Below, piece after piece: positions 37,977 through 48,311 of a stretch of DNA of 64,000 nucleotides (the stretch's first letter is position 1; every line of letters begins with the position of its first letter). This DNA is from Nanobdellota archaeon (GTDB lineage: Archaea; Nanobdellota; Nanobdellia; Pacearchaeales; GW2011-AR1), in assembly GCA_021799535.1 (NCBI GenBank), contig JAJZAH010000003.1:58067-122066 (forward strand), in the 5' to 3' direction. Below the pieces are notes generated by a model. That model was not told where the DNA came from and did not search any database. It saw only the letters and a program-made list of their open reading frames with translations. Both the position numbers and the translations under genes were made by a program.

Positions 37977-40529
37977 TTATTCCCCTTTCTCAACATCTTT
38001 TCCATTCCCCACCTCATCGTCATGAACTTTGACGACGTCGGTCACGCTGTCACCTGACTGGAGCTTTACGACACGCACGCCCTGCGCTGCGCGACCCATC
38101 ACTCTTATCTGCTTAAGACTCACCCTTATGACCTGGCCCATAGCTGTCGTGATTATTATAGAATCATCATCGTTGACGGATATTGTATTGACTACGGGTC
38201 CGGTCTTGTCGTTAACCTTAAGGTTTATCACTCCCTTGCCGGCTCTTGCAGTCTTTCTGTAATCGACAACTGCTGTTCTCTTTCCGTAACCGTTCTTTGT
38301 TATTGTGAAAACAGCCTCAGTCTCAAGGACTTCCATAGATACAACCATATCTCCTTCTGAAAGCTTTATCCCGGTGACACCGTAGCTTGAACGCCCCATC
38401 TGCCTTACCTCATTGGAACTGAATCTTATGGCTTTTCCATCTTTAGTCGCAAGGCTTATCTCCTGGCCATCTTTCACAACTTCCACTCCGATAAGAGTAT
38501 CTGAGTTGTCCGGAGGCAGATTGATAGCCTTGAGCCCTGAAGCCCGAGGATTCGCGAAATAAGACAACGATGTCTTTTTGACAATGCCTTTTTTCGTCGC
38601 CATCATCAGATAATTCTCAAATTTCTCAACAGATATAACTTTCGTGACCGTCTCTTCTTTCAGCCCAAGCATATTGATCAGAGCCTTGCCCTTGCCGTAC
38701 CTTTCAGCCTCGGGAATATCATAAGCCTTGAGCCATAAGACTCTCCCGCGGGATGTGAAAAACATGAGATAATCATGAGTGGAACAGGTAAGAATCTGTT
38801 TTGTGAAATCCCCGGTCGTGAGGTTGCTTCCTATGACACCCCTTCCTCCGCGCCTCTGCTCTTTGTAAGTTTCAACATCCATCCTTTTGACATATCCTTT
38901 GTCTGTGATGGAGATCACAACTTCTTTCTCCTTTATCAGATCTTTCTCCGAAATCTCATTAAACCCTCTTTTGAATATCTGCGTCTTTCTTGAGTCGCCG
39001 TATTTTTCCTTGAGCTCGCCCACTTCCCTCTTTATTATTTTCAAAATCTCTTTTATGTCACCCAAAATCTTTTCATATTCTTTTATCTTCTTTTCAAGCT
39101 CCTTGTGTTCATCCTTAAGCTTATCATTCTCAAGGGCCGTGAGCTGCCTCAGCCTGGTTTCAAGGACCGCTCTGACCTGGTTCTCAGTAAATTTGAACTT
39201 CGACATTAACTCCTCCTGCGGATTTTTCCCGAAGCGTATCACTTTTATGACCTGATCCACATTATCAAGAGCCTTCAAAAGACCTTCGACAATCTCCTGC
39301 CTCAGCTTTGACTTATTAAGTTCAAATTTGGTCCTGTTCGTTATTATCTTCTTCCTGTGCGAAACATAATTCTCAAGAACCTCTTTGAGCCCAAGAACCT
39401 TAGGCTTTCCTGCCACCAAGGCAAGAAAGTTCACATTGAAAGAATCCTGAAGCCGCGTATATTTGTAAAGCCCGTTTATCACATATTTTGGACTCGCGCC
39501 TTTCCTAAGCTCAAGTACAATTCTTATCTTCCCTTTGTTTGATTCATCCCTGAGGTCAGAAACGTCTTTTATTTTCTTATCCCTTACCAATTCAGCGATC
39601 TGGGTGATAAGATCCGACTTATTTATCATGTAAGGTATCTCGGTTATCACAAGGACTTCTTTATTCTTCTTCTCTTCAGTCTCAACCTTCCCCCTTACAA
39701 TTATCTTGCCTTTTCCGGTTTCATAAACCTCCTTCATGTCTCCCTGGATGATTCCCCCGGTCGGGAAATCGGGGCCTGTCACAATCTTTAGGAGATCCTC
39801 CAGCTTGATTTCAGGATTGTCCACATAAGCGATAATAGCATCAGAGACTTCTCTTAAATTATGGGGGGGGATATTAGTAGCCATTCCGACGGCAATACCT
39901 GTCGCGCCATTAAGTATGAGCGCCGGGAGTTTCCCCGGAAGAAGCGCCGGCTCTTTTGTAGAATTGTCAAAATTAGGGATCATCTCAACGGTTTCTTTAT
40001 CTATATCTTCAAGTATCTCCATAGCAATTGGCGCAAGGCGCGCCTCGGTGTACCTGTATGCAGCAGCGGGATCTCCATCAATAGACCCGAAGTTTCCTTG
40101 GCCAAAAACAAGCGGATAACGCAAAGAGAAATCCTGAGCCATCCTTACAAGAGCGTCATAAACAGAAGCATCACCATGGGGGTGGAATGACTTTAAAACT
40201 TCACCAACAACAGCAACTGATTTTTTCGTCTGTTTGTTCGCCTGAAGTCCAAGTGAATTGTCCATTGCGTACAAGATCCTCCTTTGAACAGGCTTCATAC
40301 CGTCTTCTACAGAAGGAATGGCACGCGAGACAATGACACTCATAGCATAATCAAGATAAGCTTTTTTCATTTCACCTGAAACTTCAGAATTGAGGATGCC
40401 TTTTTCATCTTTCGGGGGGCTCATTTTCCTTTCAGGAGATTTATCTTCCTCGGACATTTCAGATTCGTCTTCTGAGGGAACCTCATCAGCCTCTTCAGTT
40501 TCTTCGTCGATATCTTCTTCTTTTGACAT
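37977..40529 (-). CDS. gyrA: DNA gyrase subunit A
   Basis: [23 protein letters not shown], GyrA-box QRRGGRG and C-terminal pinwheel repeats. Confidence 0.97.
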   Translation of the reverse strand: MSKEEDIDEETEEADEVPSEDESEMSEEDKSPERKMSPPKDEKGILNSEVSGEMKKAYLDYAMSVIVSRAIPSVEDGMKPVQRRILYAMDNSLGLQANKQTKKSVAVVGEVLKSFHPHGDASVYDALVRMAQDFSLRYPLVFGQGNFGSIDGDPAAAYRYTEARLAPIAMEILEDIDKETVEMIPNFDNSTKEPALLPGKLPALILNGATGIAVGMATNIPPHNLREVSDAIIAYVDNPEIKLEDLLKIVTGPDFPTGGIIQGDMKEVYETGKGKIIVRGKVETEEKKNKEVLVITEIPYMINKSDLITQIAELVRDKKIKDVSDLRDESNKGKIRIVLELRKGASPKYVINGLYKYTRLQDSFNVNFLALVAGKPKVLGLKEVLENYVSHRKKIITNRTKFELNKSKLRQEIVEGLLKALDNVDQVIKVIRFGKNPQEELMSKFKFTENQVRAVLETRLRQLTALENDKLKDEHKELEKKIKEYEKILGDIKEILKIIKREVGELKEKYGDSRKTQIFKRGFNEISEKDLIKEKEVVISITDKGYVKRMDVETYKEQRRGGRGVIGSNLTTGDFTKQILTCSTHDYLMFFTSRGRVLWLKAYDIPEAERYGKGKALINMLGLKEETVTKVISVEKFENYLMMATKKGIVKKTSLSYFANPRASGLKAINLPPDNSDTLIGVEVVKDGQEISLATKDGKAIRFSSNEVRQMGRSSYGVTGIKLSEGDMVVSMEVLETEAVFTITKNGYGKRTAVVDYRKTARAGKGVINLKVNDKTGPVVNTISVNDDDSIIITTAMGQVIRVSLKQIRVMGRAAQGVRVVKLQSGDSVTDVVKVHDDEVGNGKDVEKGE

Positions 40530-40547
40530 TTTTTATTTTATATTTTT

Positions 40548-40958
40548 TTAATTTATTTTTTTATTTATCCAATCTAGACGCTCCATATTTTTAGTTCTAA
40601 TATACTTAAAAACCCAGTCTATAACATGTTGCGAATCACTTCTCTTATCTGAGAGGCCTTTCATATAAGAAAAATAATTTCCATGAATAAGTTTAACTTT
40701 TTTTGGCATCTTTGATTGACTCCCAATTCTATACTTTCCAAACCAAATTGAAATTAAACAAATTTTTTTGTTTACAAAGACAATTTCATAATAAGGTTTT
40801 AATTTTTTGTTTGTGTAAATTTCTAAATCAAAGTCACAAAAATCTTTAACGGGTTCATTAATCATAGAGCCCCTTAATAAAATTGTTCCTTCATTCAATA
40901 TAAATTTCTTAATTAGATAAATAAAAACTTCCTTTTTATTTTTGAAACTTTTTATCAT
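40548..40958 (-). CDS. AT-rich hypothetical protein with nucleotidyltransferase-like motif
   Basis: LLRGS-x10-DFDL motif. Confidence 0.55.
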   Translation of the reverse strand: MIKSFKNKKEVFIYLIKKFILNEGTILLRGSMINEPVKDFCDFDLEIYTNKKLKPYYEIVFVNKKICLISIWFGKYRIGSQSKMPKKVKLIHGNYFSYMKGLSDKRSDSQHVIDWVFKYIRTKNMERLDWINKKIN

Positions 40959-41305
40959 TCTCCAGCCTCCGCTTCGTCCCCATCTTCACTTTCATCCTCA
41001 TTATCTTCATCTTCTTCATCATCAACCTCTTCATACTCAATAACAGCTCTTGATCTGGCTCCGCCATCCTCACCTGAATCTGAACCGCCATCATAGTTTA
41101 TCAAAAGCTCATTTTCATCGTCCAAAGGCAAAGTGGCCTGCCCGGATTTGTTCTTCTTGAGCTCCCCAAGCTCCGAAATCCAATAGTCTATCTCATCTTC
41201 AGTCAAAGAAGCTTCAGTTATCTCAATCTCAACTTCTTCATCTTCATCGGAACTTTCAATATTTATCTCTTCATAGTCTTCGTTATCTTCATCTTTCCCA
41301 GTCAT
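40955..41305 (-). CDS. hyper-acidic hypothetical protein
   Basis: 49 of 116 residues are D/E by hand count. ATGA overlaps on both sides. Confidence 0.75.
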   Translation of the reverse strand: MTGKDEDNEDYEEINIESSDEDEEVEIEITEASLTEDEIDYWISELGELKKNKSGQATLPLDDENELLINYDGGSDSGEDGGARSRAVIEYEEVDDEEDEDNEDESEDGDEAEAGE

Positions 41306-41562
41306 TTGGCCTCCTCCTCTTTTTTATCTAAGTACTCCATAAATTCGTCCTCACTAAGCTCCTGCTCCTTAGGATTCGCGCCTTTCCATTTGCAGCTCTT
41401 GCACTCCCAAAGCCCAATCTCGCCTATGACAACAGAGACTTTGTCTGAATTACATTTTGGGCAAAACCTTACTTTGAAAGTTTTACCTTTAGGTTTGCTT
41501 TTTGGAGATTCTTCACCTTTCAAAATCCAGTCAGGGGTTTTTATTTTTGATCGTTTCGCCAT
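41302..41562 (-). CDS. small zinc-ribbon protein
   Basis: CPKC...WECKSC motif. Confidence 0.75.
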   Translation of the reverse strand: MAKRSKIKTPDWILKGEESPKSKPKGKTFKVRFCPKCNSDKVSVVIGEIGLWECKSCKWKGANPKEQELSEDEFMEYLDKKEEEAK

Positions 41563-41930
41563 TCCGGGACAACCTCCACTTGCATGAATCTTCTCACAAT
41601 ATCACCTTTTCTATAATGATTAATACCTATGTTCATATCTGATTCGAGTCTTATCTTCTTATTAAATTTCCCAATGGACTTGTAAAAGAGACTTCCCGCC
41701 GGAATGCCGTTATGCTCCAATATATTCTTCATTATCATAATCTGACGGGTCGGGTTATCAATATTAAAGACAGGACCAAAAACGTCATAGTTTCTCTTCT
41801 CTTTCATGTCAAAATAAGCCTTTGATTCTCCTAAGGAGTTATAGCCCAAAAAATGAAAAATCGGAGATAAAAAGGCTGGGGATCCCAATCCCGTAAAATC
41901 CAGGCCATCAAAATGGTCAAAAAGGCCCAT
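41541..41930 (-). CDS. hypothetical protein
   Basis: ATG lies 1 nt after the gyrB stop; overlaps the next gene. Confidence 0.6.
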   Translation of the reverse strand: MGLFDHFDGLDFTGLGSPAFLSPIFHFLGYNSLGESKAYFDMKEKRNYDVFGPVFNIDNPTRQIMIMKNILEHNGIPAGSLFYKSIGKFNKKIRLESDMNIGINHYRKGDIVRRFMQVEVVPEWRNDQK

Positions 41931-41931
41931 T

Positions 41932-43815
41932 TTAGATATCCAAACTGGCTTCATGAGCATTCTCTGCTATAAAGTCCTTCCTCCCTTGCACATCATCTCC
42001 CATAAGCATAGAGAAGACCTGATCGGCCTCGACTGCATCTTCGATGAATATCCTCTTTATCTTCCTCGTCTTCGGATTCATAGTTGTATCCCAAAGCTGT
42101 TCAGAGCTCATCTCCCCAAGACCTTTAAAACGGGTGACATTTGCTGTGTCATTCCCCTTCGTCTCTCTTTTCAACTCTTCATCAGAATAAACGTAATAAT
42201 CTTTTTTCTTCCTTATCCTGTAAAGAGGCGGCATTGCGACGAAGACATGCCCGTCCTCGATAAGTTTAGGCATGAACCTGAAAAAGAAAGTCAAAAGAAG
42301 CGTCTTTATGTGCTCCCCGTCAACATCCGCATCAGTCATTATGACGATCTTATTGTACCTCAACTTTGATCCGTCAAAGTTCTCGCCGATTCCTGTGCCT
42401 ATAGCGGTGATCATATTAGTAATTTCCTCTGAAGACAGAGCCCTTGAAGGGTTTGCTTTTTCAACGTTCAGTATCTTACCTTTAAGCCCAAGAATAGCCT
42501 GTGTTTCCTTGTTTCTTGCACTCTTTGCCGAACCCCCTGCCGACTCCCCCTCAACCAGATAAAGTTCAGAGTCGTCCGATTTTTTCGATGAACAGTCGGC
42601 GAGTTTCCCGGGAAGGCCCCCGAGCGAAAAAGCATTTTTTCTCCTGACAAGATCCTTTGCCTTCTTTGCGGCGAGTCTTGCTTTCGCAGAGTCAAGGGAT
42701 TTTTGTATAATTACCTTTGCGACATTCGGATTTTCTTCGAAAAACTCTGAAAGGAGCAAGGTCACAGCAGAGTCTACATATCCCTTGACTTCTGAATTCC
42801 CGAGCTTCCCTTTTGTCTGCCCTTCGAATTGCGGATCAGGGATTTTCACACTAACAACAGCCGTAAGGCCTTCTCTGACGTCTTCTCCCATAAGTGTATC
42901 ACCGTTTTTAAGAAGATTCTTCTTTTTTACGTAATCATTTATGACCCTCGTGAGAGCAGTCTTCAATCCGGACACATGGGTTCCGCCCTCAACTGTATTT
43001 ATCGTATTCACAAAACCAAATATGTTCTCCTGATACCCAGAATTATATTGTATTCCTATCTCAATTGACACATTTTCAACCTCTTTTTTGAAATATATCG
43101 GTTTAGTGTGAAGAACCTCTTTTGATTTATTGAGCCATTTAACAAAATCCATAACTCCCCCTTCAGCGTGAAATTCTTCATCCTTATCCCTCACCTCATC
43201 ATGCAAAGTTATCTTGAGGCCCGCATTAAGGAAAGAAACTTCCCTGAACCTATTCTGCAAAATTTTATAATCGAACTCAAGCGTAGAAAAAATCTGAGGA
43301 TCGGGATAAAACCTGACCAAAGTTCCGGTTTCCTTTTCAGGGCACTTTCCGGTAACTTTCAGTTTTGTTGTCGGATAACCCCTGGAATATTCCTGTTCAT
43401 AAACCTGCCCGTCTCTTTTTATAACCACAATAAGCTTCTCAGAAAGCGCATTAACGCAGCTCAAACCGACGCCGTGAAGGCCTCCGGAAACTTTATAGGA
43501 ATTTTTATCAAACTTCCCCCCTGCATGAAGCTTTGTTAAAGCAACTTCAACCGCAGGGACTTTATAAACGGGATGAATATCAACCGGAATCCCTCTTCCG
43601 TTATCATCGACGGAGCACGACCCATCTTTATGGATGGTTACCTTAATCTGCGTACAATATCCTGCAAGAGCTTCATCAACCGAATTATCAAGAAGTTCAT
43701 AGACCAAATGATGAAGACCCTGCTTGTCAGTCCCGCCAATATACATTGCAGGCCTTTTCCTTACACCTTCAAGCCCTTCAAGGACCTTAATGTTTGATGC
43801 TCCGTATTCTGCCAT
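41932..43815 (-). CDS. gyrB: DNA gyrase subunit B
   Basis: VRKRPAMYIG, LHAGGKF, SGGLHGVG, LVEGESAGG, MTDADVDG and RFKGLGEM motifs. Confidence 0.97.
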   Translation of the reverse strand: MAEYGASNIKVLEGLEGVRKRPAMYIGGTDKQGLHHLVYELLDNSVDEALAGYCTQIKVTIHKDGSCSVDDNGRGIPVDIHPVYKVPAVEVALTKLHAGGKFDKNSYKVSGGLHGVGLSCVNALSEKLIVVIKRDGQVYEQEYSRGYPTTKLKVTGKCPEKETGTLVRFYPDPQIFSTLEFDYKILQNRFREVSFLNAGLKITLHDEVRDKDEEFHAEGGVMDFVKWLNKSKEVLHTKPIYFKKEVENVSIEIGIQYNSGYQENIFGFVNTINTVEGGTHVSGLKTALTRVINDYVKKKNLLKNGDTLMGEDVREGLTAVVSVKIPDPQFEGQTKGKLGNSEVKGYVDSAVTLLLSEFFEENPNVAKVIIQKSLDSAKARLAAKKAKDLVRRKNAFSLGGLPGKLADCSSKKSDDSELYLVEGESAGGSAKSARNKETQAILGLKGKILNVEKANPSRALSSEEITNMITAIGTGIGENFDGSKLRYNKIVIMTDADVDGEHIKTLLLTFFFRFMPKLIEDGHVFVAMPPLYRIRKKKDYYVYSDEELKRETKGNDTANVTRFKGLGEMSSEQLWDTTMNPKTRKIKRIFIEDAVEADQVFSMLMGDDVQGRKDFIAENAHEASLDI

Positions 43816-43882
43816 TTTTCAATATCCAATTTTGCATTTAGAAAGGGGAGTCTTCCCTTTTTCCAAACAATAATTTACGACC

Positions 43883-43898
43883 TTTTTACATGTAAAAA
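43883..43898. promoter_or_regulatory. perfect 16-bp palindrome TTTTTACATGTAAAAA over the predicted gyrB transcription start
   Basis: TATA TTTATAAA at 43911..43918 predicts a start near 43889. Confidence 0.45.
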
Positions 43899-44084
43899 AA
43901 GCCAATTCGGTTTATAAATCTTTATATCAAAAAATGCCCTTTATCGACGGGACAAATAGTATAAATATTATTTAGATCGTAAATTGTTAAAAATATGAAC
44001 AGCCATTGAATTTCATGGAAAAAAACGAAAAATTACGTGGAATGCGATGGGCAAGGATTAGTCAGCATAAACGAATCAAGAAAA

Positions 44085-44279
44085 TCAGTTTTTTGCTTTT
44101 ATTTTATTCTTAGGGTTGAATTTGAGATGAGCCGGAAGCCACCTCACCTTTCTTCTCCCCATAAGCATGTTCTTCCTGCATTTTGAAGAGCAAAGATAGT
44201 TGACGGTACCATCTTTCATCACAAGCGTCAGACCTTTTGGAAAGCTGTAATTTTTTTCGCAATAAGCACACTTGGGCAT
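44085..44279 (-). CDS. rpl24e: 50S ribosomal protein L24e
   Basis: CAYC...G...KDG...CSSKCRKN...W motif. Confidence 0.95.
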   Translation of the reverse strand: MPKCAYCEKNYSFPKGLTLVMKDGTVNYLCSSKCRKNMLMGRRKVRWLPAHLKFNPKNKIKAKN

Positions 44280-44281
44280 TT

Positions 44282-44572
44282 TTAACTATAAGACCCCTTT
44301 GTAATATTTGATCTTATCCTTCTGGCTTCAATCTCGGTTTCCCTCAGAACAAGGACATCTCCCACCCTTACAGCCCCTCGGACATTTCTTCTCATGGTCC
44401 TTCCTTTATCTTTTCCGGCCTCAACCAAAACCTTAACTTGAGTAATCTCCCCTCTAAAACCAGTCCTTCCAAGCAGTTCCTTAACTGTTGCGGGAACAGC
44501 CTCTCCCAAAATCTTTTCGCTTCCTTTTGAAGCCTGCGACTTCTCCTGTTTTGCCTTTTGAGTTTTTGCCAT
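44282..44572 (-). CDS. rps28e: 30S ribosomal protein S28e, with basic N-terminal extension
   Basis: [15 protein letters not shown]...[20 protein letters not shown] motif. Confidence 0.93.
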   Translation of the reverse strand: MAKTQKAKQEKSQASKGSEKILGEAVPATVKELLGRTGFRGEITQVKVLVEAGKDKGRTMRRNVRGAVRVGDVLVLRETEIEARRIRSNITKGSYS

Positions 44573-44598
44573 ATTCACGAAAATTTGATTTAGTTGAA

Positions 44599-44901
44599 CT
44601 ATTTCTTAAGCGAAGCTATGTCTTTTTCAGCATCACCGGCAATTATAATTGTGACAGAAGAAGCTGCTACTGGGAGTCCTATTGCAACACCGAGTTTTTG
44701 CTTGCTGTCTACTTCAAGGCAAGGTATGCTCTTCTCTTTGCACAGAAAAGGCAAGTGAGCGACGATCTCTTTTGGTTCCACATCCTTTGCATAAACAACA
44801 AGTTTTGCGGTTCCCCTTTCGATCGCTTTCGTCACTTCATTCGTGCCCTTTTCAACTTTTCCGGTTCGTCTCGCTTTCTCAACAATCTGATATGCGTCCA
44901 T
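44599..44901 (-). CDS. rpl7ae: 50S ribosomal protein L7Ae
   Basis: [13 protein letters not shown] and [14 protein letters not shown] motifs. Confidence 0.95.
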   Translation of the reverse strand: MDAYQIVEKARRTGKVEKGTNEVTKAIERGTAKLVVYAKDVEPKEIVAHLPFLCKEKSIPCLEVDSKQKLGVAIGLPVAASSVTIIIAGDAEKDIASLKK

Positions 44902-44933
44902 TTTTAATTTGTCGTCGTGTTTAATTCCCGGAA

Positions 44934-44966
44934 GAACAATCTGACTCTTCATCTGAACACTTGTCC
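44934..44966 (-). promoter_or_regulatory. k-turn-like element in the rpl7ae 5' leader
   Basis: GGACAA/UUGUUC stem, 7-nt bulge, tandem G.A/A.G pairs, then UGA/UCA stem. Confidence 0.5.
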
Positions 44967-45013
44967 ATCCGATAGGAATACTAGGCAGTTTTTGGTTTAT
45001 AAAGTTTTCTTAA

Positions 45014-45309
45014 GCTGAGAGGGTTAGGAATTGGGAAGTTATCGTCTCATTTTCTTCTCATGTTAAGCTCGTGGCTTTTCATTAGTATCGATACTGATGT
45101 CAACAGCGTCAACATGTTGATGACAATTTAAAAAGAAGTTTCAGTTCTCTTTTTTAACATGTATGGGAAATAGTTTCACACATGGCTGTTTCTCGCACAT
45201 CAACTAAATTGGAAAAAGAGACTATAGTGTTGCTGTGTTGCTTGCTTTAACTAGCCTGAACAACGCAAACATCTTCACCAAGAACTCCCTGTCTTACAAC
45301 CAGTCCCGC
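45014..45309 (-). ncRNA. candidate ~296-nt multi-branched structured RNA, family unknown
   Basis: No long ORF, own TATA (start 45345), ends pair with each other, several internal hairpins. Most non-WC pairs are G-U on the minus strand. Confidence 0.55.
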
Positions 45310-45349
45310 GATTCATTAAGATTATAAATAAAAGACTTTAATAAATAGC

Positions 45350-45919
45350 ATGAAAAAGAGGACAAAAAATATTCTTGGGTTTTCCATCCTTATCCTGCTT
45401 ATCATCTTTTGGGTAGTCCTCTTCAGGTACATTAACCCTCAACTGCTCGTCGCAAAGATAGGAGCTACAAATGGTTATCTGATTCTGTTCCTTCTCGGGG
45501 CCCTTGGAGGGGTGTCAATTTTCACCGGTCCGTCATATTTCATCGCACTGACAACGCTGGCAATAGGTGGCCTTAATCCGTTGCTTCTCGGGCTCGCCGG
45601 TGGATGCGGGGTCACCATAGGAGATTCGGTCATATTCCTCCTGGGTGTAAGCGCGGGAAAAAAAGCTCCAGAGAAATTCCAAAAAAAACTTGAAGGGCTC
45701 GAAAAGAGGACAAAAAATAAACCCGACTGGCTTGTAAACCTTATATTATATTTATACATTGGATTTACACCTCTTCCAAATGAAATCGCAACAATAGCCC
45801 TTGGTCTTATAGGTTATAAGAAAAAGGTGATTATATTCTTTCTCCTCCTAGGCAACATAACAAGTGGAATCCTTACTGCAATGCTTATAAAATTCGGAAT
45901 AAGCCTGTTCGGAGGGTAA
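45350..45919 (+). CDS. VTT/DedA-like membrane protein
   Basis: GGCGVTIGDSVIFLLG and TPLPNE motifs. Confidence 0.75.
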   Translation: MKKRTKNILGFSILILLIIFWVVLFRYINPQLLVAKIGATNGYLILFLLGALGGVSIFTGPSYFIALTTLAIGGLNPLLLGLAGGCGVTIGDSVIFLLGVSAGKKAPEKFQKKLEGLEKRTKNKPDWLVNLILYLYIGFTPLPNEIATIALGLIGYKKKVIIFFLLLGNITSGILTAMLIKFGISLFGG

Positions 45920-45920
45920 A

Positions 45921-46730
45921 ATGGAAACCGCTCTAATATTAATGGCTGCGGGAGCCTCGTCAAGATTCGGCGGAAAAGCGAAACAATTTGCCCCCGTCGG
46001 CCCAAATGATGAGACTTTAATTGAATACTCTGTGAATCAGGCAATAAAATCCGGGTTTGATAAGATGATACTCGTGACAAGCGATAAAACCCGGAAAGGG
46101 CTAAAAGATATATTTGGTTCATCATACAAGAGCATACCTATATTTTATACCACCCAGCATTTCGATGAAAAGGAAAGAGACAGACCATGGGGGACAACAG
46201 ACGCTTTATGCTCCGCAAAAAACCTCATTGACTGTCCTTTTGTCGTCTGCAACACCGATGATGTATACGGCGAGGAGGCGTTCAGAATATTAAAAAAGCA
46301 TCTCGACAATTCAAAAGACGGGGCTACAATATCTTACAACTTATTAAAGACCCTCCCCCCGTCAGGGGAGGTGAACAGAGGAATTTTCAAATTAGATTCT
46401 GACGGAAATGTAGCATCAATAACTGAAAACTTTGGCGTTTCAAGTGAAAATTTCGAATCCAGAGGATTAAAGCCAGACTCTCGGACAAATGTCAACCTGT
46501 TTGCGCTTCACCCTGAGACAATAAAGCTCCTGTCCTGCATACTCGACAAATTTAAGGAAGAACATCAGGGAGACAGAAAAGTCGAGTGCCTCCTTCCGAC
46601 GGATTTGTCTTCTCTGATAAACAGGGGTAGAATCAGAATAAAATGCTACAGAACAACCGAAATGTGGTCCGGGATCACTTATCCGGAAGATGAAAAAATT
46701 GTAAAAGGCCAATTAAAATCCCAAACATAA
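45921..46730 (+). CDS. sugar-phosphate nucleotidyltransferase family protein
   Basis: MAAGASSRFGG.KQ, PWGT, NTDDVYG and WSGITY motifs. Confidence 0.85.
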   Translation: METALILMAAGASSRFGGKAKQFAPVGPNDETLIEYSVNQAIKSGFDKMILVTSDKTRKGLKDIFGSSYKSIPIFYTTQHFDEKERDRPWGTTDALCSAKNLIDCPFVVCNTDDVYGEEAFRILKKHLDNSKDGATISYNLLKTLPPSGEVNRGIFKLDSDGNVASITENFGVSSENFESRGLKPDSRTNVNLFALHPETIKLLSCILDKFKEEHQGDRKVECLLPTDLSSLINRGRIRIKCYRTTEMWSGITYPEDEKIVKGQLKSQT

Positions 46731-46761
46731 CCTAAAGACTGTTGTGAAAAATTGCTTAGAG

Positions 46762-47259
46762 TTATTTCCAGATATTTCTTAAGGGCAATAAGTTCTTATT
46801 AAATGATTTTAGCGTTTTATGCTCACTGATTCTCCCGCCATGGTACAACAAGAGATATACGACTCTTTTGTTATGATAGATTTTCTCTTTTCCCTCAATA
46901 AGACCATGGTTTTCATTATAACTATTTCTGTATAACCATTTTCCCTCTTTGTATCCATTCTGTCCTCTATATTTTGACGAACCGGAAATGAGTACTCTTT
47001 TCAAAAATGCATATACTTTTTTTGTCTTAAGTTTATTGTCTGTGACCATGCCATAATAATTCAATCCATAAACAGGTTTTTTGTTCAGATAATACACAGT
47101 TTCCCCTATAAAATTTTCATCGCCACTGTATCTGTCAATGATTTTATAATTACCTTTTTTATAATAAATGACTTTAAAAAATGGCAAAAGTGGAGAGAGA
47201 TATTTCTTTGTGGCACCCCCATACCCCAATTTATCTTCCTTCATAATTCCTCTTTTCAT
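46762..47259 (-). CDS. DUF5680-like hypothetical protein
   Basis: DRYSG..FIGE, YGLNYYG, YRG, GKEKI and YHGG motifs. Confidence 0.6.
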   Translation of the reverse strand: MKRGIMKEDKLGYGGATKKYLSPLLPFFKVIYYKKGNYKIIDRYSGDENFIGETVYYLNKKPVYGLNYYGMVTDNKLKTKKVYAFLKRVLISGSSKYRGQNGYKEGKWLYRNSYNENHGLIEGKEKIYHNKRVVYLLLYHGGRISEHKTLKSFNKNLLPLRNIWK

Positions 47260-47321
47260 TCGTCAGAAAAGCCGAAAAACTATAAAAAATTAACCTTTTG
47301 CAAAAACAAATTTAAAGGAAA

Positions 47322-48311
47322 TTACTTCCATTTGACTTCAACTTCATCTGTTCTTTCGCGCGGTTTTATATCAAGTTTTTGCGCGTCATCACCTGAGAAT
47401 TTTATGCCTGAAGTGAACATAATCTCCCCAAGATAAGCAATCATCGCCCCATTATCAACCAGCAAACTCCTCTCTGGACAGAAGGATTTCGCTCCCCTTT
47501 CCTCGCACATCTTTTCTGCCATCTCCTGAAGGCGCAAATTACATGCAACCCCTCCCCCCAATACCAGTTCATCCTTCCCAATATGGGCAAGGGCTCTTTC
47601 GGCCGTCTCGACTAGCATCGCAAAGACAGTCTCCTGTAAAGAAAAACTTAAATCTTCAATGGAATAATCCCCCTTTTCAAGTTTCTGCCTCAGATTTGTC
47701 AATATCCCTGAAAAAGAGACATCCATTCCTTTCACAGCATAGGGCAATTCCACATAGCTCTTGCCTTTAAGTGCAAACTTCTCTATTTTAGGCCCACCCG
47801 GAAATCCGATACCAGCGTATCTAGCGAAAGTGTCTATGAAATTTCCTACACCTGTATCGAGAGTTTCTCCAAAGACTCGATATTTTCCTGAAGCATAGCT
47901 TATGACTTGCGTATTTGCACCCGAGCAGTAAAGCAAAACCGCATCCTTTGCCCCAGTGACGCCGCCTATTTCAAGATGTGCGACGCAATGGTTCACAGGT
48001 ACAAGAGGTTTTCCAAGTCTTTTTGACAAAGACTTCGCAAATTTCAGACCTTCAAGAAGGCATGGGGGAAGTCCAGGCCCCTGACTAAAAGCAATTGCAT
48101 CTATTTCGTCCTCATTGATACCTGCTTCAGATACAGCTTCAGAATAAATTTTAGCGGAAAGCTCACGATGATGCTTTGCCGAATCCACAGGGATTATCCC
48201 TCCAGATTCTGTGGTATACATATCACGCTTATTGGCCATAATCTTCCCATCCTTTACAATACCCACACCAAAAGTATGAGCCGTAGATTCAACACCAATT
48301 ATTAACGCCAT
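47322..48311 (-). CDS. kae1: tRNA t6A synthase Kae1
   Basis: GVESTAHT, GPGL, VNHCVAHLE, SGANTQ, GETLD and DNGAMIA motifs. Confidence 0.95.
   Translation of the reverse strand: MALIIGVESTAHTFGVGIVKDGKIMANKRDMYTTESGGIIPVDSAKHHRELSAKIYSEAVSEAGINEDEIDAIAFSQGPGLPPCLLEGLKFAKSLSKRLGKPLVPVNHCVAHLEIGGVTGAKDAVLLYCSGANTQVISYASGKYRVFGETLDTGVGNFIDTFARYAGIGFPGGPKIEKFALKGKSYVELPYAVKGMDVSFSGILTNLRQKLEKGDYSIEDLSFSLQETVFAMLVETAERALAHIGKDELVLGGGVACNLRLQEMAEKMCEERGAKSFCPERSLLVDNGAMIAYLGEIMFTSGIKFSGDDAQKLDIKPRERTDEVEVKWK

Noticed and set aside
43950-43995. AT-rich dif-like or origin-like sequence upstream of gyrB
   Set aside because: It lacks the 11-6-11 dif geometry, ORB repeats and a cdc6 gene.
45275-45316. 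13-codon ORF MNRGTGCKTGSSW at the start of the candidate RNA
   Set aside because: Too short to support, and its bases take part in the long-range helix. It cannot be fully excluded as a leader peptide.
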